Assembly (NCBI GenBank): GCA_041577295.1
Contig: JBFGJG010000005.1
Coordinates: 1 to 64,000, forward strand
Reading direction: 5' to 3'
DNA: 64,000 bases
Source: Gemmatimonadales bacterium
GTDB lineage: Bacteria; Gemmatimonadota; Gemmatimonadetes; Gemmatimonadales; GWC2-71-9
A program made the translations under genes and the position numbers. Below are positions 32,314 to 42,455 of the stretch, in pieces (within the stretch, counting starts at the first letter, position 1; the number at the start of each line of letters is the position of its first letter). Under the pieces are notes generated by a model. It was given only the letters and a program-made list of their open reading frames with translations. It was not told where the DNA came from and did no database searches.

Positions 32314-33383
32314 AGCTTTCGATCCACTACTAGTAATGTATCGTGACCCAGGATCCGCCGCTCCGTGACGGTCCACTGGACGGCCTCGTCGAGCGCCGTA
32401 GCGGTCCGGGTGCCGAACGCCGGGACGCCGTCACCCAACCACAGGGGAGCCTGGATCCAATAGAGACGATCCACCAGCTCCGCGCTGAGTAATGCGCGCG
32501 CGATGCCACCACCTCCCTCTACCAGCATAGATCGTACCTCGCGCTTGCGCAGCTCTCGGAGCGCCTCTACGAGAGTGTCAACGCCGATTACCACAGCCTC
32601 CGTTCCCGCCAGCGTTTCGGCTGCGCGATCTCGTGTCTCCGGATCCGTAAAGACCACGGTGGGGACTTCGGCCGCGGTGCGCAGCACGTGGCGGGCGGGA
32701 TCCAGGGACCCATTCCTCGCGAAGACGACCCGCGTGGCCGGAACGCGGGGACGCACTGCTCCGCGGGCGGTCAGCAGCGGATTGTCGATCTCGACCGTGC
32801 GGCGACCCACGCCGATCGCGTCGAAGCCGGCCCGCAGCCAGTGGACATAGTCACGTCCTTCGGAACCAGAGATCCACTGCGAACGGCCCACCGAGTCGGC
32901 CACGAAACCGTCGAGCGAGGCGGCGAGCTTGAGCGCGACGAACGGCCGTTCGTGACGCACCTGACTCCACAGGAAGGAGGCATTGAGCGCAGCGGCCTCG
33001 CGCTCCATCATGCCGATCTCCACCTCTACCCCGGCTTCCCGCAGCTTTTCCGCTCCCCCGCCGGCTTCGCGATGCGGATCACGAACGGCCATCACGACGT
33101 GTGCGACGCCCGCCGCAATGAGCGCCTCAACGCAGGGTGGCGTCTTGCCATGATGTGCGCACGGTTCGAGGTTCACGACGCAGGTACTGCCGCGCGCGCG
33201 GTCGCCCGCTGCGGCGAGCGCTGCGGCCTCCGCGTGCGGGCCACCAAACTCGAGGTGGGCCGCCTCAGCAATGAGCTCGCCGTCTCGCAGGAGTACCGCC
33301 CCCACGAGCGGATTGGGGGCGACGCGGCCCCATCCCCCGAGGGCCAACTCCAGGGCGCGCTTCATCGCTCCGCGTTCGGTCAT
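32295..33383 (-). CDS. ribD: Bifunctional riboflavin deaminase/reductase RibD
   Basis: PNPLVGAV, HAE, NLEPCAHHGKTPPC, KLAASLDG, VEGGG. Confidence 0.95.
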   Translation of the reverse strand: MTERGAMKRALELALGGWGRVAPNPLVGAVLLRDGELIAEAAHLEFGGPHAEAAALAAAGDRARGSTCVVNLEPCAHHGKTPPCVEALIAAGVAHVVMAVRDPHREAGGGAEKLREAGVEVEIGMMEREAAALNASFLWSQVRHERPFVALKLAASLDGFVADSVGRSQWISGSEGRDYVHWLRAGFDAIGVGRRTVEIDNPLLTARGAVRPRVPATRVVFARNGSLDPARHVLRTAAEVPTVVFTDPETRDRAAETLAGTEAVVIGVDTLVEALRELRKREVRSMLVEGGGGIARALLSAELVDRLYWIQAPLWLGDGVPAFGTRTATALDEAVQWTVTERRILGHDTLLVVDRKLCLPGL

Positions 33384-33411
33384 GACGAAATGCTGGTTGT
33401 GCGGTGAGATG

Positions 33412-34443
33412 TCAGGCGGTGGGGAGTAGCTCCACGCCCCGTCCGTCCACCACCTCACCGACGATGAAAGTCTCCACTTGGGCGCGGGCGGCCAGTTGGC
33501 GGGTTTGGTCAGCATCCCGCGGCGAGACGGCCGCGATCATGCCGAGTCCCATGTTGAAGACCCGGTACATCTCGCCGCGCTCGACGTTACCGGCATCCTG
33601 AAGTATGCGGAAGAGGGGCGGGCATGGCCAGGAATCGGGGCGCACGACGGCCCCGCAGCCCGGGGGGAGCGAGCGCACGAGGTTGCCCGGTATCCCCCCG
33701 CCCGTGATGTGCGCGAGCGCGTGAATCCCATGTAGCGCGGGCGCGATGGCAGCGTAGTAGCTGCGATGGACCTGGAGGAGCGCGTCACCCACGTTGGCAT
33801 CCAGACCGGGGACCGGGCTGTCCACATCGAGTCCCATCTCGTCGAACAGGATGCGGCGGGCGAGCGTGTAGCCGTTGGTGTGGAGACCGTTCGACGCATA
33901 TCCAATCAGCACATCGCCGGTCTGTACGCGATCGCCGTGGAGCGCGTCTCGCTCCGCGACCACGCCGACGATGGTGCCTGCCAGATCGTACTGACCGGGG
34001 TGGTAGAGTTCCGGCAGTTGCGCCGTCTCCCCGCCCGAGAGGTTCATGTCGTGTGCGCGGCACCCCCGGGCAACCCCTTCGACGAGCGCCGCAACCACGC
34101 CCGTCTCAACGGCAGCGCCCGCGATGTAATCGAGGAAGGCAATTGGACGGGCACCGTGAACGAGAATGTCGTTCACACAATGATTGACGAGATCTTCGCC
34201 GACGGTGTCGTGGCGGTTGGCCCGTTGCGCGACCAGCACCTTCGTCCCGACGCCATCGGTGCTCATCACGAGGATGGGATCGGACACATCGTCCGGGACG
34301 CGCACCATCCCACCAAATCCACCCACGAGGCCACGGCTGAGGTCGTTATGCGTGGAGGCCACCAGCCGGGCGATCCGTTCCTTTGCCTGGGCGGCGGCGT
34401 CGAGATCGACGCCGGCAGCGCGGTAACGCTCTGCCGAAGTCAT
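33412..34443 (-). CDS. purM: Phosphoribosylformylglycinamidine cyclo-ligase
   Basis: YRAAGVD, TDGVGTK, GGETA, SNGLHTNGY, HITGGG, VFNMGLG; GGAGG SD before ATG 34443. Confidence 0.96.
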   Translation of the reverse strand: MTSAERYRAAGVDLDAAAQAKERIARLVASTHNDLSRGLVGGFGGMVRVPDDVSDPILVMSTDGVGTKVLVAQRANRHDTVGEDLVNHCVNDILVHGARPIAFLDYIAGAAVETGVVAALVEGVARGCRAHDMNLSGGETAQLPELYHPGQYDLAGTIVGVVAERDALHGDRVQTGDVLIGYASNGLHTNGYTLARRILFDEMGLDVDSPVPGLDANVGDALLQVHRSYYAAIAPALHGIHALAHITGGGIPGNLVRSLPPGCGAVVRPDSWPCPPLFRILQDAGNVERGEMYRVFNMGLGMIAAVSPRDADQTRQLAARAQVETFIVGEVVDGRGVELLPTA

Positions 34444-34456
34444 GGACCTCCGGTCA

Positions 34457-35389
34457 CTACACCTGCTCCATTTCCGCCGCCACGTCGAAGCGGACCAGAT
34501 CGGCAAAGGCCCGCACACGGCCAGTGACCTCCGCGGGCCCGATCTCGTCGAAGCGTTCGGTGGAGAAGCGCTCTACGGCAAACGACCCCATCGCTGAGCC
34601 GTAGACCATGGCGCGCCGGACGTTATCACCGGAGATATCGTCCGAGCGGGCGAGGTGCCCCATGAAACCGCCAGCGAACGCATCGCCCGCGCCGGTGGGG
34701 TCGAACACATCCTCGAGTGGGAAGGCCGGCATGTAGAAGATGCGGTCCCGCTCCACCAAGACCGCGCCGTAGACGCCCTGCTTGATGACGGCCATCTTGG
34801 GCCCGCGTTCGAGGATCCACCGGGCTGCCCGGTAGATGTTCCAGTCCCCTGACAGCTCACGGGCTTCACCATCGTTCACCATCAGCACATCGATGTGGCG
34901 TAGCAGCTCGATCAGCACGTCCCGCTTGCTATGAATCCAATAATTCATGGTGTCGCACGCTACGAGCTGTGGATTGTGGATCTGGTCCAGGACGCTCAGC
35001 TGCAGCGTGGGGTCGATGTTGCCGAGGAACACGTAGCTCGCATCGCGAAATTCTTTCGGAATGCGCGGCTCGAACTCCGCGAAGACACCCAGCCGCGTGT
35101 CGAGCGTCTCGCGACTCTGGAGATCGTAGGAGTACTTCCCTTTCCAGCGAAAGCTTTCGCCCTCTTCGCGCTTCACCCCACGGAGATCGACACCGCGTTC
35201 GGCGAGGCGGTCGAGCTGATCTTGCGGGAAATCCTGGCCCACCACACCCACCATTTGGACGGGATGAAGGAGGCTCGCGGCACAGCCGAAGAACACCGCA
35301 GACCCGCCGAGGGCGTCTGCGTTGGAGCCAAAGGGGGTTTGGACCGAGTCCAGCGCGATGCTACCGACGACCAAAAGTGACACGTTCAC
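34457..35389 (-). CDS. PfkB family carbohydrate/nucleoside kinase
   Basis: VVGSIALD, LGGSA, DPTGAGDAFAGGF; GTG overlaps the argS stop (alternative GTG 35383). Confidence 0.92.
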   Translation of the reverse strand: MNVSLLVVGSIALDSVQTPFGSNADALGGSAVFFGCAASLLHPVQMVGVVGQDFPQDQLDRLAERGVDLRGVKREEGESFRWKGKYSYDLQSRETLDTRLGVFAEFEPRIPKEFRDASYVFLGNIDPTLQLSVLDQIHNPQLVACDTMNYWIHSKRDVLIELLRHIDVLMVNDGEARELSGDWNIYRAARWILERGPKMAVIKQGVYGAVLVERDRIFYMPAFPLEDVFDPTGAGDAFAGGFMGHLARSDDISGDNVRRAMVYGSAMGSFAVERFSTERFDEIGPAEVTGRVRAFADLVRFDVAAEMEQV

Positions 35390-37035
35390 ATTCGCTCCGG
35401 TGCAGTGATTCCCAAGAGATGCAAAGCATTGGCAAGCACAATCTGTACCCCCCGTGCCAGCGCGAGCCGAGCACGCTCGAGGCCCTTGCCCACGCCCAGA
35501 ACACGATGGCGATGGTACCAGCCGTTGACCAGTCGGGCGAGATCTTCCAGGTAGGCGATCACCCGGTGGGGTTCCAGCGCCTCTGCCGCCTTGGCCACGA
35601 CGGTCGGATAGACGCCCAACAGCTTGATCAGCTCGAGCTCCTCCGGCTCGGTAAGCAGCGCGAGATCGTTTTCGTCCGCCTCGATCGTGGCCGGGTCGAT
35701 CTCCGCGGTGCGGAAGATTCCAGCCATTCGGGTATGCGCGTACTGCACATAGTACACAGGATTCTCCTCGGATTGCGTGGTTGCTAGATCGATATCGAAG
35801 ACAAACTGTGCATCTCCACGCCGCATGAGAAAGAAGTATCGCGCCGCGTCGACACCGGTCTCCTGATACAATTCGCGCAGTGACACGAAGTCTCCGGCGC
35901 GCTTGGAGAACCTCACCTCCTCGCCGTGCCGCGTCACCCGCACGAGTTGCACGAGCACAACGTGGAAGAACTCCTTCGGCATGCCGAGTGCGACGAGCGC
36001 GGCACTCATTCGGGCAATGTACCCGTGGTGGTCCGCGCCCCACACATCGATGGCGAGGTCGAATCCGCGGCGTCGCTTGGTCCGGTGGTACGCGATATCG
36101 GGAAGGAAATAGGTGTAGGTCCCGTCGCTCTTTCGCAGCACGCGGTCCTTGGTGTCACCGTAGGTCGACGTCTTGAGCCACAGGGCGTCGTCGCGTTCGT
36201 ACGTCAGCTTTCGCGCCGCGAGCTCTGCGAGTGTTTCCTCGAGCAGCCCCTGTTCGTACAACGCCGTCTCCCGATAGTGCACGTCGAATTCGACACCAAA
36301 GTCCGCGAGATCACGATCCTGCTCCTCGCGTTGTTGTGCCACTGCGAATGCTCTGCAGCGCTCGAGAGCATCCGCCAGCGGGAGATCGGCGATCGCCGGC
36401 CCGTCGCGCGTGATGAGCTGCTGCGCGACCTCGATCAGATACTCCCCGTGGTAACCGCCGTCCGGAATTGGCGCGTCTCGTCCCACCTGTTGCTGCACCC
36501 GGGTCCACAGGGACTGTGCCAACCGGTCGATCTGCACGCCGGCGTCGTTGATGTAGAACTCACGCTCCACGGTGTGACCGGTTGCCTCGAGCAGTGACGC
36601 AATCGCATCACCGAGCGCGGCACCGCGACCGTGACCGACGTGGAGCGGTCCGGTGGGATTTGCCGAGACAAACTCGACGTTGACGCGTCGCCCGGCACCA
36701 GTTTGCGAACGCCCGAACGCGTCACCCGCGTCGAGGATGCGGCGCAGCACGTCGGTGACCGCGGTTTCGGTGAGCCGAAAGTTGATGAAGCCGGGTCCAG
36801 CGATCTCGATGGAAGCGATGAGGCCGTCCGGCGTGTCGAGCGCAGCGACGATCTCCTGAGCCAACTGGCGCGGGTTTCGTTTGAGGGGCTTTGCGAGCTG
36901 CAGCGCCACGTTCGTGGCGAGATCACCGTGCGACGGATCACGCGGGCGTTCCAACGACCATTCCGCATTGGGAACTCCCAAGCTGGCGACGACTCGCTGG
37001 ATCGCCGCGCGGAGCCAATCGGCTCCAGCGGTCAG
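35386..37035 (-). CDS. argS: Arginine--tRNA ligase; probable CTG start at 37035 (first canonical start TTG 36981)
   Basis: HGDLATNVA, AGPGFINF, VEFVSANPTGPLHVGHGRGA, WGADHHGY, NPVYYVQYAH, GITAPERM. Confidence 0.96.
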   Translation of the reverse strand: MTAGADWLRAAIQRVVASLGVPNAEWSLERPRDPSHGDLATNVALQLAKPLKRNPRQLAQEIVAALDTPDGLIASIEIAGPGFINFRLTETAVTDVLRRILDAGDAFGRSQTGAGRRVNVEFVSANPTGPLHVGHGRGAALGDAIASLLEATGHTVEREFYINDAGVQIDRLAQSLWTRVQQQVGRDAPIPDGGYHGEYLIEVAQQLITRDGPAIADLPLADALERCRAFAVAQQREEQDRDLADFGVEFDVHYRETALYEQGLLEETLAELAARKLTYERDDALWLKTSTYGDTKDRVLRKSDGTYTYFLPDIAYHRTKRRRGFDLAIDVWGADHHGYIARMSAALVALGMPKEFFHVVLVQLVRVTRHGEEVRFSKRAGDFVSLRELYQETGVDAARYFFLMRRGDAQFVFDIDLATTQSEENPVYYVQYAHTRMAGIFRTAEIDPATIEADENDLALLTEPEELELIKLLGVYPTVVAKAAEALEPHRVIAYLEDLARLVNGWYHRHRVLGVGKGLERARLALARGVQIVLANALHLLGITAPERM

Positions 37036-37331
37036 TGGTCGGCTCCGGGGGACTTGGGCGGTTTCTCGGAGGACTTTTTGTCCTTTTTCTTTTTTTCCTT
37101 CTTTTCCAACTTCTCCGATTCTCCCTTGCCCTCACCCTTTTCGTTCCCTTTGCGCTTGTAGTCGGTGATATAGAAGCCGGATCCCTTGAACACGAAGCCG
37201 GCACCACCGGTAATCACGCGTTCGCCGCGTGTGCCGCACTCGGGACACTTGGCGGCAGTCCGATCGGAGATCTTCTGAAACTTGTCGTAATCATGCCCGC
37301 AGCTCGGGCAGCGATATGCGTAAGTCGGCAT
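37032..37331 (-). CDS. FmdB family zinc-ribbon protein
   Basis: MPTYAYRCPSCG...CPECG...FKGSGFYITDY, followed by a Lys-rich tail. Confidence 0.92.
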   Translation of the reverse strand: MPTYAYRCPSCGHDYDKFQKISDRTAAKCPECGTRGERVITGGAGFVFKGSGFYITDYKRKGNEKGEGKGESEKLEKKEKKKKDKKSSEKPPKSPGADH

Positions 37332-37391
37332 GGGGTAACGTTTCGCTAATTCCAACCAAACAGCGAACTTAGTCGCTTCGCGACGAGAGGG

Positions 37392-38951
37392 TCAAGCGGG
37401 GCGGTCGAACGTTCCCCACGCACGCCGCAGCACGTCGGCAATCTCACCGACGGTGGCGCGGGCCTTCACCGCGTCGAGAATGACGGGCATTAAATCGCCC
37501 TCGCCGCCGGCCACCTGCCCCAGATGCGCAACGGCCTGGCGGACCGGCTCGGAGGCGCGCTGTCTGCGGGCGTCCCGCACACGGCAGATCTGCTGTTCGG
37601 CGAGGGAGGTGTAATCGGGTGCCGGAATGGGCGCGGGTGTCCCGTCATCGGTGTACCGGTTGACCCCAACAACCACCGTGTCTTTCGACTCGATGGCGCG
37701 CTGATGCTCGAAGGCTGCCTTGGCGATGGCGTCCTGGAAGTAGCCTCGCTCGATTGCCCGCGCGGCGCCGCCCAATGTCTCGACCTGCCCGAGCAACACC
37801 TTGGCACCCTGTTCGATCCTGGTCGTCAGGTGCTCGACATAGTGGGAGCCGCCCAAGGGATCGGCGGTGTTGGTCACGCCCGACTCGCTCGCCAGAATCT
37901 GTTGGGTGCGCAGCGCGAGCTTGGCCGCGTCGGCAGACGGCAGGGCCAGCGCTTCGTCGTAGCTGTTGGTGTGTAGCGACTGCGTTCCTCCGAGGACGGC
38001 AGCCAGTGCCTGGATCGCAACCCGAACCACGTTGTTGAGCGGCTGCTGCGCAGTGAGCGTGGACCCGCCAGTTTGGGTATGGAACCGCAGCCGGCAGCTC
38101 GCGTCGCTGGCATCGTACCGGCCGCGCATGAGCGTCGCCCACAGGCGGCGGGCAGCACGGAACTTCGCGACCTCTTCGAGCAGATCGTTGTGCGCCGCGA
38201 AGAAGAACGAAACTCGCGTGCCCAGATCGTTCATATCCAAGCCCACGCGCTGCGCTCGGTCGAGGTACTCGAGGGCATTGGCGAACGTGAACGCCACTTC
38301 CTGCACCGCAGTGGCACCAGCCTCCCGCATGTGGTACCCGCTAACCGAGATGGGGTTGAAGTTCATTCCCTCGCGTGCGACGAAACGGAACGTATCGGTC
38401 ACGAGGCGGAGAGATGGCTCCACGGGATAGATGTACGTACCACGCGCGATGTACTCCTTGAGCACGTCGTTTTGGATCGTGCCGCGGAGCTTGGTCCGTG
38501 GAATGCCACGCTCTTCTGCGACGACCACGTACATGGCAAGCAGGATCGCTGCCGTGGCGTTGATGGTCATGGACGTTGAAACCTGATCCAACGGAATGCC
38601 GTCGAAGACGCGCGCGAGGTCGTCAACCGTGTCGATCGCCACCCCGGCCCTGCCCACCTCGCCTTCGGCGATGTCGGCGTCCGAGTCGTATCCCATCTGC
38701 GTTGGCAAATCAAACGCGACCGATAGCCCGGTCTGGCCGGCGGTGAGCAGCTGGCGGAACCGTTGATTGGTCTGCTCGGCGGTGCCAAAGCCGGCGTACT
38801 GCCGCATGGTCCACAAGCGACCTCGGTACATCGTGGGGTAGATGCCACGCGTGAACGGAAACTCGCCCGGCGGTTCCCGCTGGGTGTTGACGCCGGACTG
38901 ATAAATGGGGTCGATGAGGAACCCCGAAGGGGAGCGGACGTCCTTACTCAC
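37392..38951 (-). CDS. Methylmalonyl-CoA mutase, substrate-binding subunit (no B12-binding domain)
   Basis: [67 protein letters not shown]. Confidence 0.93.
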   Translation of the reverse strand: MSKDVRSPSGFLIDPIYQSGVNTQREPPGEFPFTRGIYPTMYRGRLWTMRQYAGFGTAEQTNQRFRQLLTAGQTGLSVAFDLPTQMGYDSDADIAEGEVGRAGVAIDTVDDLARVFDGIPLDQVSTSMTINATAAILLAMYVVVAEERGIPRTKLRGTIQNDVLKEYIARGTYIYPVEPSLRLVTDTFRFVAREGMNFNPISVSGYHMREAGATAVQEVAFTFANALEYLDRAQRVGLDMNDLGTRVSFFFAAHNDLLEEVAKFRAARRLWATLMRGRYDASDASCRLRFHTQTGGSTLTAQQPLNNVVRVAIQALAAVLGGTQSLHTNSYDEALALPSADAAKLALRTQQILASESGVTNTADPLGGSHYVEHLTTRIEQGAKVLLGQVETLGGAARAIERGYFQDAIAKAAFEHQRAIESKDTVVVGVNRYTDDGTPAPIPAPDYTSLAEQQICRVRDARRQRASEPVRQAVAHLGQVAGGEGDLMPVILDAVKARATVGEIADVLRRAWGTFDRPA

Positions 38952-39964
38952 GCCACTCCGGCCCCGACACTTCCCAAGGTGCGCTCGACAAACGCCACGT
39001 CGTCTTTGCTCCCGATCACGAGGGGCGTGCGCTGGTGAAGCTCGGTGGGCTCGATATCGAGGATGGGCGTTTGTCCATCGGAGGCCGATCCGCCGGCCTG
39101 TTCCGCAATGTACGCCAACGGCGCTGCCTCATACAGCAAGCGCAGCTTGCCTTTCGGCGCCTTGCTATCTGCGGGGTACATGAACACTCCACCGCCGAGG
39201 AGGTTGCGGTGGAAGTCGGCAACGAGCGATCCGATGTAGCGCGCGTTTTTCGTATACGGCGTCGGGCCGGCGCCTTTGAACGACTGCACCACACGTCGGT
39301 AACCCTCGTTCCACCGGTTCCAGTAGCTCTCGTTGATGCTGTAGTATGCGCCAACAGGGGGAGTTTTGATGTCGGCGTTGTAGACTCGAAACTCGCCAAT
39401 GGTCGGATCGAGGGTGAATCCGTGTACCCCTCGACCAGACGAGTACACCAAAACCGTGCTCGAACCGTAGATGACGTAGCCCGCCGCGACCTGGGTGCGT
39501 CCGGGTTGCAAGCAGTCCTTCAACGTTCCCGGCCCACTTTTGGTCACTCGGCGATGGATCGAGAAGATCGTGCCGATCGAGACGTTGACGTCGATGTTGG
39601 AGGAACCATCGAGTGGATCGTAGATCAACGCATACTTCCCTGGGCGCCGCTCTTCGGGAACGGGCACCGGATCGGGGTCTTCCTCAGACGCCATAACGCA
39701 CACTCGACCGGTGTGCGCGAAGGCGCTTTTCATGGTTTCGTTGGCGATGACGTCGAGCTTTTGTTGCTGTTCGCCCTGGACGTTCATCTTGCCTGCCGCG
39801 CCCAGAATGTCCACCAGACCGGCTCGGCGCACATACCCGGAGATGACCTTCGCGGCGAGGGCTATGTCGTAGAGCAGATTGGTAAGCTCACCGGTTGCGG
39901 CAGGATACAGCCGCTCCTGCTCCATGATGAATCGCTCGATGGTAACCAGGGACGAAGCAGACAC
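38948..39964 (-). CDS. fbp: Fructose-1,6-bisphosphatase class 1
   Basis: [56 protein letters not shown]. Confidence 0.96.
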   Translation of the reverse strand: MSASSLVTIERFIMEQERLYPAATGELTNLLYDIALAAKVISGYVRRAGLVDILGAAGKMNVQGEQQQKLDVIANETMKSAFAHTGRVCVMASEEDPDPVPVPEERRPGKYALIYDPLDGSSNIDVNVSIGTIFSIHRRVTKSGPGTLKDCLQPGRTQVAAGYVIYGSSTVLVYSSGRGVHGFTLDPTIGEFRVYNADIKTPPVGAYYSINESYWNRWNEGYRRVVQSFKGAGPTPYTKNARYIGSLVADFHRNLLGGGVFMYPADSKAPKGKLRLLYEAAPLAYIAEQAGGSASDGQTPILDIEPTELHQRTPLVIGSKDDVAFVERTLGSVGAGVA

Positions 39965-42168
39965 CGCAGTCTCTCCACGGGCGTGAGGACGGAACGCTGT
40001 TCTACCTGAAGATAGCGCCCGTCGGAGCGGATCGTCACCGTACCGCCCTCATCCGTGCGGTAGATCGGTATGCCCCGGCCGCGCAAACGTGCGACTACCT
40101 CTGGCGACGGATGACCAAAGCGGTTACGACCAACACTGATCACCGCGATCCGGGGACGAACGAAATCGAGCCACTCGGCACCGGTCCCTCCCCGCGAGCC
40201 GTGATGGCCCACCTTGAGCACCTCGATATGGTCGTCGCCACGCGCCCAGGTCTTTACCAAGAGCGACTCGGCCGGCGCCCCGACGTCACCCGTCAGGACG
40301 GCGTCGAAGCAGCCGTACGACAGTCGCACAACGATCGAGTTTTCGTTGGCTTTCACCCGACGGTCGAGCCACCAGTCGGTTGGATGCAGCACCTCAAAGT
40401 GCACGGAGTCGATGACGAGACGGTCCCCCGCGCGCGCTGCGCGCCAGCGGATGCCAGCGCGATCGACCGCGGCCAAATACTCGAGATAGAGATCCGTCCC
40501 GAGCGGTTGACCCGGCTCGAGGACTAGACCAGGGTCGAACGCCTGCACGACGGCGGGGATTCCGCCCAAATGGTCCGCATCGCCATGGGAGACGATGGCC
40601 GCAGCTATGTGGCGCGCACCGCGGCGCCTGAGAAACGGAAGCACCACCCGCTCGCCCGCGTCGTAACCCGGCGTCCGCGGCCCACCATCTACCACTACCC
40701 ACTGTCCCTTGGGCGTGCGTACTGCGATTGCATCGCCCTGACCGACATCCAGCACAAAGATCGTGAGATCGGTGGTAGCGCCCCTCGACCCGGTCACCCA
40801 AGCAAGCGTTGCCCAGCTCGTGACGGCACAGGCCGCGGCAACGCGACGGATCGCGATTGGCCACCGGGGGCGCGATCTGGCGAGCCAGATGAGAAGCACC
40901 AACGCAGCTGCCCACGGAGCCGCGTACCTGAGACCGGGCGTTCCGTTCAGGTGCCCGGCTGGAACCGTCGCGGCGAGGGTCGCGGCGTACTCGATCCCGG
41001 CGAGGGTAAGCCCCGCACCACCGGCCAGAAGCGAGCCCAACACGAGGCTCGCAAAGACGCCGGGAACCGCCAACCCTGCCAAGGGAACGGCGACGAGATT
41101 CGTGAGGACCCCGACTGGTGCCACCGTGCCGAACGCGAAGGCAGTGATGGGCGCGGTGAATAGCGTGGCACCGACCGACGCAGTAAAGAGCCTTACTGGC
41201 GCGAGCCGGCGGGCGACCCTCCCGACAATTTGCGTGGCGTGGTGGGTTCCCCAGACCGCCGCGACCGAGAGCCAAGCGCCCACGGCTATGGCCGCGCCGG
41301 GATCGATCAAGAGCACCCCAAACACAGCTACCGAGATGACCACGGGGAACGGGGGATTTCGTCCGCGTGCACGGGCCATCCCATAGAGAGTCACGAACCA
41401 CGCAGCACGATTCGCCGACGGGGGAAACCCCAGCAGGGCGACGTACACCCACGTCACCGCGGCGCTCCCAATCCACGCCACGCGTCTCAACCCCACGAGC
41501 CGGAAGAGCAGCTGCAGCCACCCCGCAATCAGTCCTACGTGGAGCCCCGAGATGGCCAAGAGGTGAGCAACGCCACCGTCGATGAAGCGCCGGCGAATGT
41601 CGGGCTCGATGTCGTGGCGGCGTCCGAGAACGAGGGCCTCGACCAAACCCGCGCGCCGTCCATAGAGCGAGCGTATGCGTTGTGCCACGACGTCGCGGAC
41701 GACAAAGCGTAGTGGGCGGGGGCGTTCCAGCACCCGCAGGTGGCGCACGCGGAGTACCCCACGGGTGTGGTACCGGCCAACCACGACCGCGGTGGCCCCG
41801 GCCGGAAGGGTGACGTCCGGTACCCGTAGCCAAACGCGACCATCGCATCGCACCGTGGAGAGGACGGTGGCATCCGTGGCGCCACGGGGGCCGGGCCGAT
41901 CGTGGATCATCACCGTCGCGGTGCGCGGTCCGGCTTCCCAGCGTGCGTGACACGTTCGCCGCGTCTCCGCGGCGTGCTGTACGCCGATCGAGGCGCCCAG
42001 CGCGACTGCGCAGGCGCACGCGACGCTTCCGCGGCGGATGCGCCGAAAGACAACCGCAATCAGGGGAAAGAGAGCGAGGAGGGAAAGGGGATTACCCGCT
42101 GCTGCCAACTGCCCTGCCCAAACGCCCGTCGCGCACGCCACCGATAACCGCACGATCGGTGGCGTCAC
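39862..42168 (-). CDS. comEC: ComEC/Rec2 DNA-uptake channel with metallo-beta-lactamase domain
   Basis: [10 protein letters not shown], multiple TM segments, [37 protein letters not shown]. Confidence 0.93.
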   Translation of the reverse strand: MTPPIVRLSVACATGVWAGQLAAAGNPLSLLALFPLIAVVFRRIRRGSVACACAVALGASIGVQHAAETRRTCHARWEAGPRTATVMIHDRPGPRGATDATVLSTVRCDGRVWLRVPDVTLPAGATAVVVGRYHTRGVLRVRHLRVLERPRPLRFVVRDVVAQRIRSLYGRRAGLVEALVLGRRHDIEPDIRRRFIDGGVAHLLAISGLHVGLIAGWLQLLFRLVGLRRVAWIGSAAVTWVYVALLGFPPSANRAAWFVTLYGMARARGRNPPFPVVISVAVFGVLLIDPGAAIAVGAWLSVAAVWGTHHATQIVGRVARRLAPVRLFTASVGATLFTAPITAFAFGTVAPVGVLTNLVAVPLAGLAVPGVFASLVLGSLLAGGAGLTLAGIEYAATLAATVPAGHLNGTPGLRYAAPWAAALVLLIWLARSRPRWPIAIRRVAAACAVTSWATLAWVTGSRGATTDLTIFVLDVGQGDAIAVRTPKGQWVVVDGGPRTPGYDAGERVVLPFLRRRGARHIAAAIVSHGDADHLGGIPAVVQAFDPGLVLEPGQPLGTDLYLEYLAAVDRAGIRWRAARAGDRLVIDSVHFEVLHPTDWWLDRRVKANENSIVVRLSYGCFDAVLTGDVGAPAESLLVKTWARGDDHIEVLKVGHHGSRGGTGAEWLDFVRPRIAVISVGRNRFGHPSPEVVARLRGRGIPIYRTDEGGTVTIRSDGRYLQVEQRSVLTPVERLRCLLRPWLPSSDSSWSRSGCILPQPVSLPICSTT

Positions 42169-42179
42169 GGCTCACTGCG

Positions 42180-42455
42180 CTAAGGCTTCTGGTGGAACTC
42201 CGGTCTGGGACCTGCTTGCACGCGGCGAATGCCGTCCATCAGCGCGATCGCGACATCCGCGCGCTGCTGATCGCTCTCCATGGCGACGCTGGTGATGATC
42301 TCTCCGGACCGTTGCGCGACATAATGCGGCTTGAGCCGGTTGAGCGCAAAGACGAGCACGTCGTCGCGGCAGACGGAGCATGCGCAAAAGTTCGGAACGC
42401 TCTGCACGATCCGGTCGTATTCCCTGGCGACAAAACTCTCCAATACGTTGATCAC
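42180..42455 (-). CDS. ComFB family protein
   Basis: INVLESFV...CACSVCRDDVLVFALNRLKPHYV...VQAGPRP; GTG overlaps the miaB stop. Confidence 0.85.
   Translation of the reverse strand: MINVLESFVAREYDRIVQSVPNFCACSVCRDDVLVFALNRLKPHYVAQRSGEIITSVAMESDQQRADVAIALMDGIRRVQAGPRPEFHQKP

Noticed and set aside
33384..33411. FMN riboswitch upstream of ribD
   Set aside because: The 28-nt gap is too short and no RFN motif is seen.
35390..36043. Long N-terminal extensions in the ORF track for the PfkB kinase, miaB, mtaB, nusB, susD, hprK, mazG and BMC-P
   Set aside because: They overlap neighbouring genes; family N-termini and stop/start overlaps give shorter starts.
37075..37150. T-rich tract on the plus strand as a terminator or repeat
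   Set aside because: It is the Lys/Glu-rich coding tail of the FmdB-family gene on the minus strand.
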